From: an uncultured Erysipelotrichaceae bacterium
GTDB lineage: Bacteria > Bacillota_I > Bacilli_A > Erysipelotrichales > Erysipelotrichaceae
Direction: 5' to 3'
Assembly: GCA_964457525.1 (NCBI GenBank)
Contig: CAYWGS010000021.1
Location: forward strand, 1-19,369
Length of the DNA stretch: 19,369 nt
This document shows, piece after piece, positions 1 through 7,587 of the stretch. Below the pieces are notes generated by a model, which worked only from the letters and a program-made list of their open reading frames with translations, was not told where the DNA came from and ran no database searches. The stretch's first letter is position 1; the number at the start of each line of letters is the position of its first letter. The translations under genes were made by a program, and so were the position numbers.

Positions 1-96
1 TTTGATTTATTAGATATCTTACTCAGTCAAATTAGTGTCGAAGAATATATAAAATTCTATGAAGCTAATACCACTAATATAAATGCTCGTAAATAA
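1..96 (+). CDS. 3' end of an unidentified CDS entering from the left window edge (partial)
   Basis: Only frame 1 is open from base 1 (FDLLDILLSQISVEEYIKFYEANTTNINARK*). Stop TAA at 94-96 overlaps the AAGGAGG Shine-Dalgarno of the next gene. Too short to assign a family. Confidence 0.3.
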   Translation, partial: FDLLDILLSQISVEEYIKFYEANTTNINARK

Positions 97-106
97 GGAG
101 GATGAG

Positions 107-616
107 ATGGAAACACTCAATTGTATACAAGCTAGAAGAAGTATTCGTCGATTTACCGATGAAACAATCTCAGAAGAAACGATTAATCAAATACTACGCG
201 CTGGGTTTGCGGCTCCTTCAGCGCATAATCTTCATCCCATTGAATTTATTGTTATACATGAAAAAGATAATCTAATTCAAGCCGCATCTAAACTAACCTA
301 TGGTCGTTCACTTAATGAAGCACAATATGCTATCTGTGTTGTTGGAGATACACTCAAACAAGATAATTGGGAGTTTCTCAACCACGATGCGGCTGCCGCT
401 ACAGAAAATATGGCTTTAGCGATAACAGATCTAGGTTTAGGATCTGTTTGGATTGGATGCACACCAAGTTATGAAAATAGCCATGAACTTCATCAAGTCT
501 TAAATCTACCAGAACACATTAAATGCCTAAGTATTCTTGCGATTGGACATCCTGCAGTAATAAAAGAACCGAGTAATCGATTTGAACATTTAAAAATACA
601 TAAGGAGAAATGGTAA
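107..616 (+). CDS. Nitroreductase family protein (FMN-dependent oxidoreductase)
   Basis: ORF 83-616. N-terminal RRSIRRF motif followed by APSAHNLHP is typical of the nitroreductase fold. AAGGAGG at 95-101 sits 5 nt before the in-frame ATG at 107, so 107 is preferred over 83. Confidence 0.88.
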   Translation: METLNCIQARRSIRRFTDETISEETINQILRAGFAAPSAHNLHPIEFIVIHEKDNLIQAASKLTYGRSLNEAQYAICVVGDTLKQDNWEFLNHDAAAATENMALAITDLGLGSVWIGCTPSYENSHELHQVLNLPEHIKCLSILAIGHPAVIKEPSNRFEHLKIHKEKW

Positions 617-1368
617 AAATGGAGATGAAAGATGTTGTTAAGAATATTGATTTAAGTCAGATTAAACGAGCATTATGTGTTCAACCTCATCCCGATGATA
701 ATGAAATTGGTATGGGAGGAACCATCAAATACCTAAGTGACTTAGGTGTAGAGATTAGCTATTGTACTGTTAGTAAAGGTAAGGGTGGAAGTAATCAATT
801 AAGTTCAAAGGAACTTGTCGAAATACGTCAAAAAGAGTTAAGAGATGCGGGTGAGAGTTTAGGCGCAAAACACTTCTACCAACTTGAATTGGATGATGCA
901 CATTATCCTGATGAAAAAGAACTTACCAGTTTAATCGTAGATATTATTCGTGATTGTAAACCAGATGTTGTATTTACAGTCGATCCATACTTACTCTATG
1001 AAGCACATCCAACGCATCGTAAAACAGGAATGGCTGTACTTGAAGCTTGCTTATTCTCTTCGATGAAACACTTCCCAAAACCGGATGCAGAGATATTACC
1101 CAATACGCATCAAGTCAAAGGGGTTGGTTTCTATGCAAGTGCACATCCAAATACCTATGTGGATATTACTGATACCTATCAATCCAAAATTCAAGCGATC
1201 CTAAAACACAAAACCCAATTTGATGAACAAAGTGGGCAGATGATACAAATGTATTGTGATATGCAATCCCGTAATTATGGTAAAACAAATGGAACTGAAC
1301 GTGCAGAAGCGTTTAAACTATTACCGATGATTATGACCCACATGATGGTTGAAAGTGAAACGTATTAA
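610..1368 (+). CDS. PIG-L / LmbE family N-acetylglucosaminyl deacetylase
   Basis: VQPHPDDNEIGMGG matches the PIG-L zinc-binding (A/P)HPDD motif, with a downstream HPTHR histidine cluster. AAGGAG at 603-607 is too close to ATG 610, so the true start may be ATG 619 or 625. Confidence 0.82.
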   Translation: MVKMEMKDVVKNIDLSQIKRALCVQPHPDDNEIGMGGTIKYLSDLGVEISYCTVSKGKGGSNQLSSKELVEIRQKELRDAGESLGAKHFYQLELDDAHYPDEKELTSLIVDIIRDCKPDVVFTVDPYLLYEAHPTHRKTGMAVLEACLFSSMKHFPKPDAEILPNTHQVKGVGFYASAHPNTYVDITDTYQSKIQAILKHKTQFDEQSGQMIQMYCDMQSRNYGKTNGTERAEAFKLLPMIMTHMMVESETY

Positions 1369-2282
1369 TCGATTATATTTTGTATAAAATGTTTAATGGA
1401 TGCTTTGTATGCATCAGGATTAACTGCATACCCTAATGCATGTTTCGCATTCTCAACACTTAGAAATTCATGATAAACAGGATAAATTTGATTTAATGTT
1501 TCTGCCATCGAATAAGGCACAAAACGATCAAGAGTACCGTGTATGATAAGACAAGGAATTGTTAACTTGTCTTTTTCTTTTGTTATCTGTGTCTTGTCTA
1601 ACGGAATTTTCACAATAAACCGCATATATAAGTCCACAAAGTAAATGAATGGGAAAGCAGGAAGATGATAGATTTGCTTCATTTGACGAATAAAAATAGG
1701 TTTTAAGTCAATAAAAGCAGAATCCACAATAATACCTTTTACGCTTGAGTCAAAACCATCTAAAGCCGTATAGAGTAAAGTACTCGCACCCATTGAAACA
1801 CCATGTAATATAAATTGAGTTTCTTTACCAAAATAATTCTTAAGTTCATTTATCCATAAAGGTATATCCTTACGATCATGATAACCAAACCCTATTGTAT
1901 TTCCCTCACTTAAGCCATGTGATCGAGCGTCAATTAAACAGATATGCGCTTTATAGTCATCATAATAATGACGAGCAAAGATACTCATACTTTTTCGATC
2001 TGCAGAATACCCATGACACAGAATAATGCATCGATTCGTTGGATGTGTGTTTTTAATAAAACTTGCATGGAGTTCTAACCCATCGATTGATTGTATGATA
2101 TGTTCAGATGTATTAACTGTTTTTAACCAATCCTGTTCTTGATAAAATACACGATAATTCGTACCTTGCATATCCTTAGAACGCATGATTTGTTTCTTTG
2201 TGGAACGGTTAAAAACATTCGAAATAATAACGATGAGATACGCTATGATTGCAATAAGAGCAATTAGTAATAATTGTGGCAT
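1365..2282 (-). CDS. Membrane-anchored alpha/beta hydrolase (serine hydrolase)
   Basis: N-terminal hydrophobic anchor (LLLIALIAIIAYLIVII). Oxyanion-region HGYSADR, nucleophile elbow GVSMGAS (GxSxG), and later HGTLDRFVP and AKHALGY supply the Asp/His of a triad. AGGAG lies 7 nt upstream of the ATG. Confidence 0.85.
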   Translation of the reverse strand: MPQLLLIALIAIIAYLIVIISNVFNRSTKKQIMRSKDMQGTNYRVFYQEQDWLKTVNTSEHIIQSIDGLELHASFIKNTHPTNRCIILCHGYSADRKSMSIFARHYYDDYKAHICLIDARSHGLSEGNTIGFGYHDRKDIPLWINELKNYFGKETQFILHGVSMGASTLLYTALDGFDSSVKGIIVDSAFIDLKPIFIRQMKQIYHLPAFPFIYFVDLYMRFIVKIPLDKTQITKEKDKLTIPCLIIHGTLDRFVPYSMAETLNQIYPVYHEFLSVENAKHALGYAVNPDAYKASIKHFIQNIID

Positions 2283-2300
2283 TTGTTTACTCCTATAACT

Positions 2301-2306
2301 ATTATA
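2301..2306 (-). promoter_or_regulatory. Candidate -10 box (TATAAT) for the alpha/beta hydrolase gene
   Basis: The minus strand reads TAGTATAAT, then AGTTATAGGAGTAAACAA, then ATG. No convincing -35 element. Confidence 0.4.
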
Positions 2307-2337
2307 CTATTTTGTGGAAAAATCATGCGATGTTCAA

Positions 2338-2346
2338 TGATATAAT
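2338..2346 (+). promoter_or_regulatory. Extended -10 promoter (TGATATAAT) placed 6 nt before the ATG of the VanY-like gene
   Basis: TGnTATAAT at 2338-2346, then TATGTC, then ATG at 2353. No GGAG-like sequence in the 20 nt upstream of the start. Confidence 0.55.
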
Positions 2347-2352
2347 TATGTC

Positions 2353-3420
2353 ATGGTAAAAAAAAGAAGACGTAAATTGAAAATTAAAAACATCATTTTG
2401 ATGTTTGTTTTTTTGAGTAGTATTGTATTTGGAGCATTCTGTTTAAAAGCGTATTTGAATCCATATAAAGAAGAGAATTTTATTGAAATGGGATATCAAA
2501 CCGATGAGATTGAATTTATCTTAAGTTTAAGCAATGAAGAAAAAGATATCATACTTAGTAAAACTAAAATTGAAAATATCATCAAACATTATACAATCGA
2601 AAACTATACAGAATTAACGAATATAGGATATTCAGATTCAGAGATTTCTCAAATTTTAGAGAAAGATACAACCATTCAAGAATATCTCTTAACGCATGAT
2701 TATATGGGAGATCTATTAAATTGGTTAAAGATTGAAAACTTCATCTTTAAGAATATTGATCGATACCAAGCGTATCAATCAAAGTATCCGAATGTCTCAT
2801 TTGAAGGTGTATTGGAACGGGTTAATACAAATCGAGATGTTGCTTATTACACAATTATTCAAGAAGCGAATACAAGTTTAGATCATTTAATCCTCGTTAA
2901 TAAATATTATGCATTAGATGAAGATTATGTACCTTCGGATATGATAACTGTTTCTCCATATGGAAGTGTTAAACTTATACGAGACGCTGCAGAAGCGTTT
3001 ATTGAACTGTGTGATCATGCTCATGAAGAGGGTTATACCATTAAGGGAATCTCAGCGTATCGTTCCTATAAAACTCAAGAGAATCTATACAATCGATACT
3101 TACAAAAAGATCCACAAAAAGTTGTGGATACCTATTCTGCTCGAGCAGGTCATAGTGAACATCAAACTGGATTAGCGATAGATGTATCGAGCAATAATCC
3201 AGATATACTTACATTTGAAATGAGTACTTCATTTAAATGGATGAAAGAACATGCTCATGAGTATGGATTCATACTACGCTATCCAAAGGGTAAAGAAGAT
3301 ATCACTGGATACATGTATGAACCATGGCATTATCGCTATGTAGGCAAAGAAATAGCGACTCTACTCTATCAAACAGGAATGACCTATGATGAGTATGTCG
3401 CTATCAATCTTATGAATTAA
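2353..3420 (+). CDS. VanY / M15B family D-alanyl-D-alanine carboxypeptidase with N-terminal signal anchor
   Basis: KKRRRK followed by a TM helix at the N-terminus. The C-terminal domain carries the VanY zinc-peptidase motifs SAYRSY, GHSEHQTGLAIDV (SxHxxGxAxD) and EPWHYRYVG (ExxH). Confidence 0.9.
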   Translation: MVKKRRRKLKIKNIILMFVFLSSIVFGAFCLKAYLNPYKEENFIEMGYQTDEIEFILSLSNEEKDIILSKTKIENIIKHYTIENYTELTNIGYSDSEISQILEKDTTIQEYLLTHDYMGDLLNWLKIENFIFKNIDRYQAYQSKYPNVSFEGVLERVNTNRDVAYYTIIQEANTSLDHLILVNKYYALDEDYVPSDMITVSPYGSVKLIRDAAEAFIELCDHAHEEGYTIKGISAYRSYKTQENLYNRYLQKDPQKVVDTYSARAGHSEHQTGLAIDVSSNNPDILTFEMSTSFKWMKEHAHEYGFILRYPKGKEDITGYMYEPWHYRYVGKEIATLLYQTGMTYDEYVAINLMN

Positions 3421-4685
3421 GCCCAGATAAACCAAATTAAGATATAAGAACTAATTACAGCCGCAAGTGTGAATGGTATACCAATCTTCATGAAATCGCC
3501 TGTACTTGGATTGTATCCAGCTTTACGCAAGATACCAATACCAGTAATATTCGCGGAAGCACCAATTGGAGATAAGTTACCCCCTAATGTAGCACCACTT
3601 AATAATCCAAAATACAATAGAATTGGATCAAAACCAAGTGTAGCGGAGATAGAAGATACAACCGGTAACATCGTCGCAACATATGGAATGTTATCGATGA
3701 ATGCGGATAAGAATACACTCGCCCAAACAATTAAGGTATAAATAACAAACTTATTATCTCCTGCAAATTGAATGAATAGTTTACTAATATCCGAAACAAT
3801 TCCAACATAGTTAATACCAGCAATAATGACAAATAAACTTGCAAGTAAGATCAGTGTTTGATAATCAATTTCAAGAATTGTCTTACGAACGAAAGAAACA
3901 TCTTTACGAACAATCGAATCACGAACAAGTCCTACAAATAATAAGAACATACAGATTGAACCATTAATTAAAGCAAAATCAATTTGGATGAATGACGCAA
4001 GAATAAGCAATGCAATCATACCTAAGAGCAAGAAAGTAGGGAAGAAATCTTCTACTTTTTGCATTTCCTCTAAATGAACTTCTGTTTTCTCTTTTCTAAA
4101 GATATAGAGAAGTATAAGTGTACTAATTAAAGCCCCTACTTCAACAGCCCAGAAAATACTTGGCTTACCATTCAAGAAGAAGAACTCCATAAAATTCATG
4201 TTGGCATAACCACCGAGTAAAATCGATGTTGTATCACCAACTAAAGTCGCAGCCCCTTGTAGGTTACTTGAAACCGCAATCGCAATAATACTTGGAATTG
4301 GATTAATCTTAAGTTTAAGCGCAATGTTTAGTGCAACTGGCGCAACCATAAGAACTGTTGCGACATTATCGACAAATGCAGAAATAACACCAGCAAATAA
4401 TGCCAGCATAACAATAGCCCATTTTACATTCGGTGTTTTATCCAAGATATAATCAGCCATTAACACAGGCATCTTAGATTCAATAAACAATGCGACAATA
4501 CCCATTGTTCCACCAATCATCATTAATACATTAAAATCAATCGCATTGGGTAGTTCGTTAAATGGTAAAATACCGGTTACAACGAATACAGTTGCGGAAG
4601 CTAACGCGATTAGCCATCGTTTAGCAGGGAAGGATAATAGTAATACATAAGTTAATATAAATAAACCTAACGCAATTTCTTTCAT
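3417..4685 (-). CDS. ArsB/NhaD (CitMHS / ion-transporter superfamily) permease
   Basis: About 420 aa and hydrophobic throughout, with roughly 10-12 TM segments and a two-half organisation typical of ArsB/NhaD-type anion permeases. The ORF track starts at a TTG (4700), but ATG at 4685 is preceded by GAGGTG, so 4685 is preferred. Substrate is not inferable. Confidence 0.75.
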   Translation of the reverse strand: MKEIALGLFILTYVLLLSFPAKRWLIALASATVFVVTGILPFNELPNAIDFNVLMMIGGTMGIVALFIESKMPVLMADYILDKTPNVKWAIVMLALFAGVISAFVDNVATVLMVAPVALNIALKLKINPIPSIIAIAVSSNLQGAATLVGDTTSILLGGYANMNFMEFFFLNGKPSIFWAVEVGALISTLILLYIFRKEKTEVHLEEMQKVEDFFPTFLLLGMIALLILASFIQIDFALINGSICMFLLFVGLVRDSIVRKDVSFVRKTILEIDYQTLILLASLFVIIAGINYVGIVSDISKLFIQFAGDNKFVIYTLIVWASVFLSAFIDNIPYVATMLPVVSSISATLGFDPILLYFGLLSGATLGGNLSPIGASANITGIGILRKAGYNPSTGDFMKIGIPFTLAAVISSYILIWFIWA

Positions 4686-4706
4686 AGTCACCTCTAACAA
4701 ATCATA

Positions 4707-4715
4707 ATTTTATCA
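4707..4715 (-). promoter_or_regulatory. Extended -10 (TGATAAAAT) for the permease gene
   Basis: The minus strand reads ATGATAAAAT at 4716-4707, about 20 nt upstream of the GAGGTG-ATG start. Confidence 0.5.
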
Positions 4716-4763
4716 TCAAACCAAAAGTATGACAATTAACAATCCTCTAATCCGATTCAAATA

Positions 4764-4772
4764 TGATAAAAT
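4764..4772 (+). promoter_or_regulatory. Extended -10 (TGATAAAAT) for the SDR gene
   Basis: ATGATAAAAT at 4763-4772, 23 nt upstream of ATG 4796. The ATG at 4763 used by the ORF track lies inside this element. Confidence 0.5.
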
Positions 4773-4795
4773 CATTACGAAAGAGTGAAATCCAT

Positions 4796-5575
4796 ATGAA
4801 AAAATATACATTAATAACCGGCGCATCCAGTGGTTTAGGAATTGATTTTGCGAATGAATATGCAAAACAAAATGAGAATCTTATACTCGTTGCTAGAAGA
4901 GTTGATCGTCTCAATCAAATTAAAAATGAGATCGAATCAAAATATGCAGTAGATGTCATTGTGTATCCTTTAGATTTAAATCATAATTCAGAAATAAACC
5001 AATTCTTTGAACAACTTGATTCAGATATTTTTATTCATCGACTCATTAATAATGCAGGTTTTGGTTATTCGGGTTCTTTTGTAAACATGCAAGAAAGCCA
5101 AATACGATCCATGATTTCAGTGAACATTGAGGCATTAACCATTCTTGCCCATAAAGTCATACCCAATATGATAGAACATAAGCAAGGAGAAATCCTGAAT
5201 GTAGGATCGATTGCGGCGTTTGTTCCTGGTCCTTATATGGCAGAATACTATGCATCTAAAGCATATGTACTAAGTTATAGTATTGCACTTCATGAAGAAC
5301 TCAAAGAATACAATATAAAAGTATCTGTACTTTGCCCAGGTCCAACTAAAACAGAATTCTTTGATGTCGCAAATTCACATAAAGAAAATAAAACGCTTGA
5401 TAATTTTATGATGGATTCATATCCAGTTGTAAGAAAAGGTGTTTCTGACCTAAAACAAAACAAACCCATTTCAATCGTGGGTTTGAGTAATCATAGTTTA
5501 CGTGCTGTGCTTAAACTTGTGCCAAGAACATTTGCTTCGAAGATTGTAGGGAAGATACAGAAGAAGAGTCGTTAG
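4796..5575 (+). CDS. SDR family NAD(P)-dependent oxidoreductase
   Basis: TGASSGLG cofactor motif directly after MKKYTLI, then NNAG, catalytic Ser (VGSIAA) and YYASK (YxxxK). The classical SDR N-terminus supports the start at 4796 rather than 4763. Confidence 0.9.
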   Translation: MKKYTLITGASSGLGIDFANEYAKQNENLILVARRVDRLNQIKNEIESKYAVDVIVYPLDLNHNSEINQFFEQLDSDIFIHRLINNAGFGYSGSFVNMQESQIRSMISVNIEALTILAHKVIPNMIEHKQGEILNVGSIAAFVPGPYMAEYYASKAYVLSYSIALHEELKEYNIKVSVLCPGPTKTEFFDVANSHKENKTLDNFMMDSYPVVRKGVSDLKQNKPISIVGLSNHSLRAVLKLVPRTFASKIVGKIQKKSR

Positions 5576-6087
5576 TCTAGACTTATGTTACGCTTCTTTA
5601 ATGCATTTAGAATTGGTAAACCAACGAAGTAAACAGAAATTAATTGACCAAAACCTACTTCTAACGCAAAAATGATAAAATAAGTCAGTGACACTTCTGG
5701 AGCGAATACAAACGTTAATTCGGCCCCAATAATGATTGCATTTACCACAACAGGCATGAGTGTTGATAAGAGTGGAAATCCTTTAATTTGGATATGTCTG
5801 AGTTTATAGGTTAGTATAGCAGCCATGAAAGTTGCGAAGGTACCAATAAAAACATCCATCATACCAATGACATTTACACCCATGATAACACCAATAAAGT
5901 TTGTGATAAAACATCCTAAGCTTAAGCCTAAAATAGGAAGTGGTGATAAGAGTGGAAGTAAGGTTAATCCCTCCGCAACTCTGACTTGAATGTTACCAAA
6001 ACTAAAAGGAGCTAATGCTAAGCTAACCGTACTATATAACGCCGCGATCAAGGCGATTTTAACAAAAGAAGTCAGTGATAATTTCAT
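5572..6087 (-). CDS. queT: QueT family queuosine-precursor transporter (ECF S-component-like)
   Basis: 171 aa with 5-6 TM segments. The N-terminus FVKIALIAALYSTVSLALAPFSFGNIQVRVAEGLTLLP matches my recollection of the QueT family. AAAGGAA lies 7 nt before the ATG. Confidence 0.72.
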   Translation of the reverse strand: MKLSLTSFVKIALIAALYSTVSLALAPFSFGNIQVRVAEGLTLLPLLSPLPILGLSLGCFITNFIGVIMGVNVIGMMDVFIGTFATFMAAILTYKLRHIQIKGFPLLSTLMPVVVNAIIIGAELTFVFAPEVSLTYFIIFALEVGFGQLISVYFVGLPILNALKKRNISLD

Positions 6088-6110
6088 GAATGGATTCCTT
6101 TAACGAGCCT

Positions 6111-6139
6111 ATTTTATAGAAAGAAGGTTAAAAATGCAA
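6111..6139 (-). promoter_or_regulatory. Sigma-A-type promoter for queT (-35 TTGCAT, 17 nt spacer, -10 TAAAAT)
   Basis: On the minus strand, TTGCAT occupies 6139-6134 and overlaps the tcdA ATG. A 17-nt spacer follows, then TAAAAT at 6116-6111. The implied leader is only about 17 nt. Confidence 0.55.
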
Positions 6140-6862
6140 GATAATCCCTTAATTCGTATCCAATACCTGATTGGAGAAGAGAAAGTAAATAAGATTAAGT
6201 CATCACATATCTGTGTATTTGGATGTGGTGGAGTAGGATCTTTTGTTGTGGAAGGATTAATCCGGTCGGGTGTAAAAGAAATAAGTTTAGTTGATTTTGA
6301 TCGAATTGACATCAGTAATCTCAATCGACAACTTATGACAACAGCTAATAATATCGGTTTATTAAAAGTAGATGAACTTAAGAAAAGGATATTGAGTATC
6401 CATTCAGATGTCATCGTACATACGTATCCAATCTTCTTTGATCCATCGAGTCAACTTGACTTTAGCTCATTTGACTATGTTGTGGATGCGATTGATTCAG
6501 TCCAATCTAAAATTGAAATCATGCGACAATGTGAGAAGTATGAAGTTCCATTAATTATGGCGCTTGGAACGGGTAGAAAGTTTGATCCTACTCAATTATG
6601 TGTCTCTGATTTATATCATACATCGATTTGTCCTTTAGCGAAAAAAATCCGAATTCTTGCAAAAAAAGAAGGATTAAGGAATATAAAAGTTGTTTATTCC
6701 AAAGAAGAAGCACAAGCAGGTTACTTTGATGAAGAATTAAATAAAGTCATTATAGGCAGTATGATATTTGTTCCTGCAAGCGCTGGATTACTCCTAGCAT
6801 CAACCGTCATACAAGACATCTGTAAAGATAGTGTTATAATAAAGAAAATGTTAAAAGGATAA
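6134..6862 (+). CDS. tcdA: tRNA threonylcarbamoyladenosine (t6A37) dehydratase, ThiF/MoeB-fold
   Basis: HICVFGCGGVGS Rossmann motif, NLNRQ, VVDAIDSV and DPTQ align closely along the whole length with E. coli TcdA (CsdL) / B. subtilis YrvM as I recall them. Confidence 0.85.
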   Translation: MQDNPLIRIQYLIGEEKVNKIKSSHICVFGCGGVGSFVVEGLIRSGVKEISLVDFDRIDISNLNRQLMTTANNIGLLKVDELKKRILSIHSDVIVHTYPIFFDPSSQLDFSSFDYVVDAIDSVQSKIEIMRQCEKYEVPLIMALGTGRKFDPTQLCVSDLYHTSICPLAKKIRILAKKEGLRNIKVVYSKEEAQAGYFDEELNKVIIGSMIFVPASAGLLLASTVIQDICKDSVIIKKMLKG

Positions 6863-6865
6863 ACT

Positions 6866-7585
6866 ATGGAAAAAGAATTAAAGATTGCGGTATTAATCGA
6901 TGCGGACAATGTATCCGATAAATACGTTAAAGTCATATTTGATGAAGTCAACAATCACGGTACAGCGACTTATAAACGAATATATGGCGACTGGACGAAG
7001 CCTCAACTGGCTCAATGGAAAAATGTATTACTTAATTATTCCATTTCACCCATCCAACAATACTCTTATACCATCGGTAAGAACGCAACCGATGCGGCAC
7101 TGATTATCGATGCGATGGATATTCTATATTCGGGTCAAGTCGATGGATTCTGTATCGTTTCATCGGACAGTGACTTTACTCGACTTGCTTCACGCTTAAG
7201 AGAAGCAGGAAAATATGTCTTAGGTATGGGTGAAAAGAAAACACCAGTTCCATTTATCTCCGCATGTGAAAAGTTTAAATATCTCGAAGTCTTATTACAA
7301 GCCGTAGAACCTACCCCTGTTAAGAATGGTCAAACAGGCAAACTCAATACACAATCTTTAATTGATACCTTAAAAATTATTATTAATGAGAATTCAGATG
7401 ATGATGGATGGGCATTTTTAGGTGAAGTAGGAAGTATCCTAAGTAAACGAAATCCAGACTTTGATACACGTAACTATGGTTTCCAAAAATTAACACCACT
7501 TGTATCATCCCTAAAGCAGTTTGAAATCCAATCCCGCAAAACATCCAACCCAAACATTACACATAAATACATTAGAATTAAATAA
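6866..7585 (+). CDS. NYN-domain (LabA/limkain-b1 type, PIN-like) predicted ribonuclease with C-terminal OST-HTH/LOTUS domain
   Basis: Acidic NYN core: VLIDADNV, NATDAALIIDAMD, IVSSDSDF. The C-terminal DDGWAFLGEVGSILSKRNPDFDTRNYGFQKLTPLVSSL is a typical OST-HTH/LOTUS signature. AAAGGA lies 6 nt before the ATG. Confidence 0.85.
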   Translation: MEKELKIAVLIDADNVSDKYVKVIFDEVNNHGTATYKRIYGDWTKPQLAQWKNVLLNYSISPIQQYSYTIGKNATDAALIIDAMDILYSGQVDGFCIVSSDSDFTRLASRLREAGKYVLGMGEKKTPVPFISACEKFKYLEVLLQAVEPTPVKNGQTGKLNTQSLIDTLKIIINENSDDDGWAFLGEVGSILSKRNPDFDTRNYGFQKLTPLVSSLKQFEIQSRKTSNPNITHKYIRIK

Positions 7586-7587
7586 CT

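Noticed and set aside
2358-2365. A8 homopolymer at codons 2-5 of the VanY-like gene as a slipped-strand phase-variation switch
   Set aside because: It simply encodes the Lys-rich positive cluster (VKKRRRK) of a signal anchor in an AT-rich genome. Eight residues is short for a contingency tract, and there is no second tract or alternative frame to rescue.
2960-3741. Short ORFs 2960-3175 (+) and 3469-3741 (+)
   Set aside because: Both are nested in, or antisense to, the strongly supported VanY-like and permease CDS. They have low-complexity, atypical composition, no Shine-Dalgarno and no recognisable motifs.
6088-6133. Possible preQ1 riboswitch in front of queT (TATAAAATAGGCTCGTTAAAGGAA superficially recalls the A-rich tail plus SD of preQ1-I)
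   Set aside because: No P1 stem or CCC loop element can be drawn. The region is only 46 nt. The best promoter leaves a leader of about 17 nt, which is shorter than any preQ1 aptamer.
6109-7103. ORFs 6109-6414 (-), 6721-6954 (-) and 6900-7103 (+)
   Set aside because: They are antisense or out of frame within the tcdA and NYN-LOTUS genes, whose full-length family matches explain the sequence. They are likely AT-rich open-frame artefacts.
6134-7585. ThiF/E1-like enzyme followed by a nuclease, considered as a ubiquitin-like or anti-phage (CBASS/Bil-type) module
   Set aside because: The E1-like protein aligns end to end with TcdA (tRNA ct6A dehydratase). It lacks a catalytic-Cys domain, and no ubiquitin-like, E2 or JAB partner is present. 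The flanking genes are core housekeeping.
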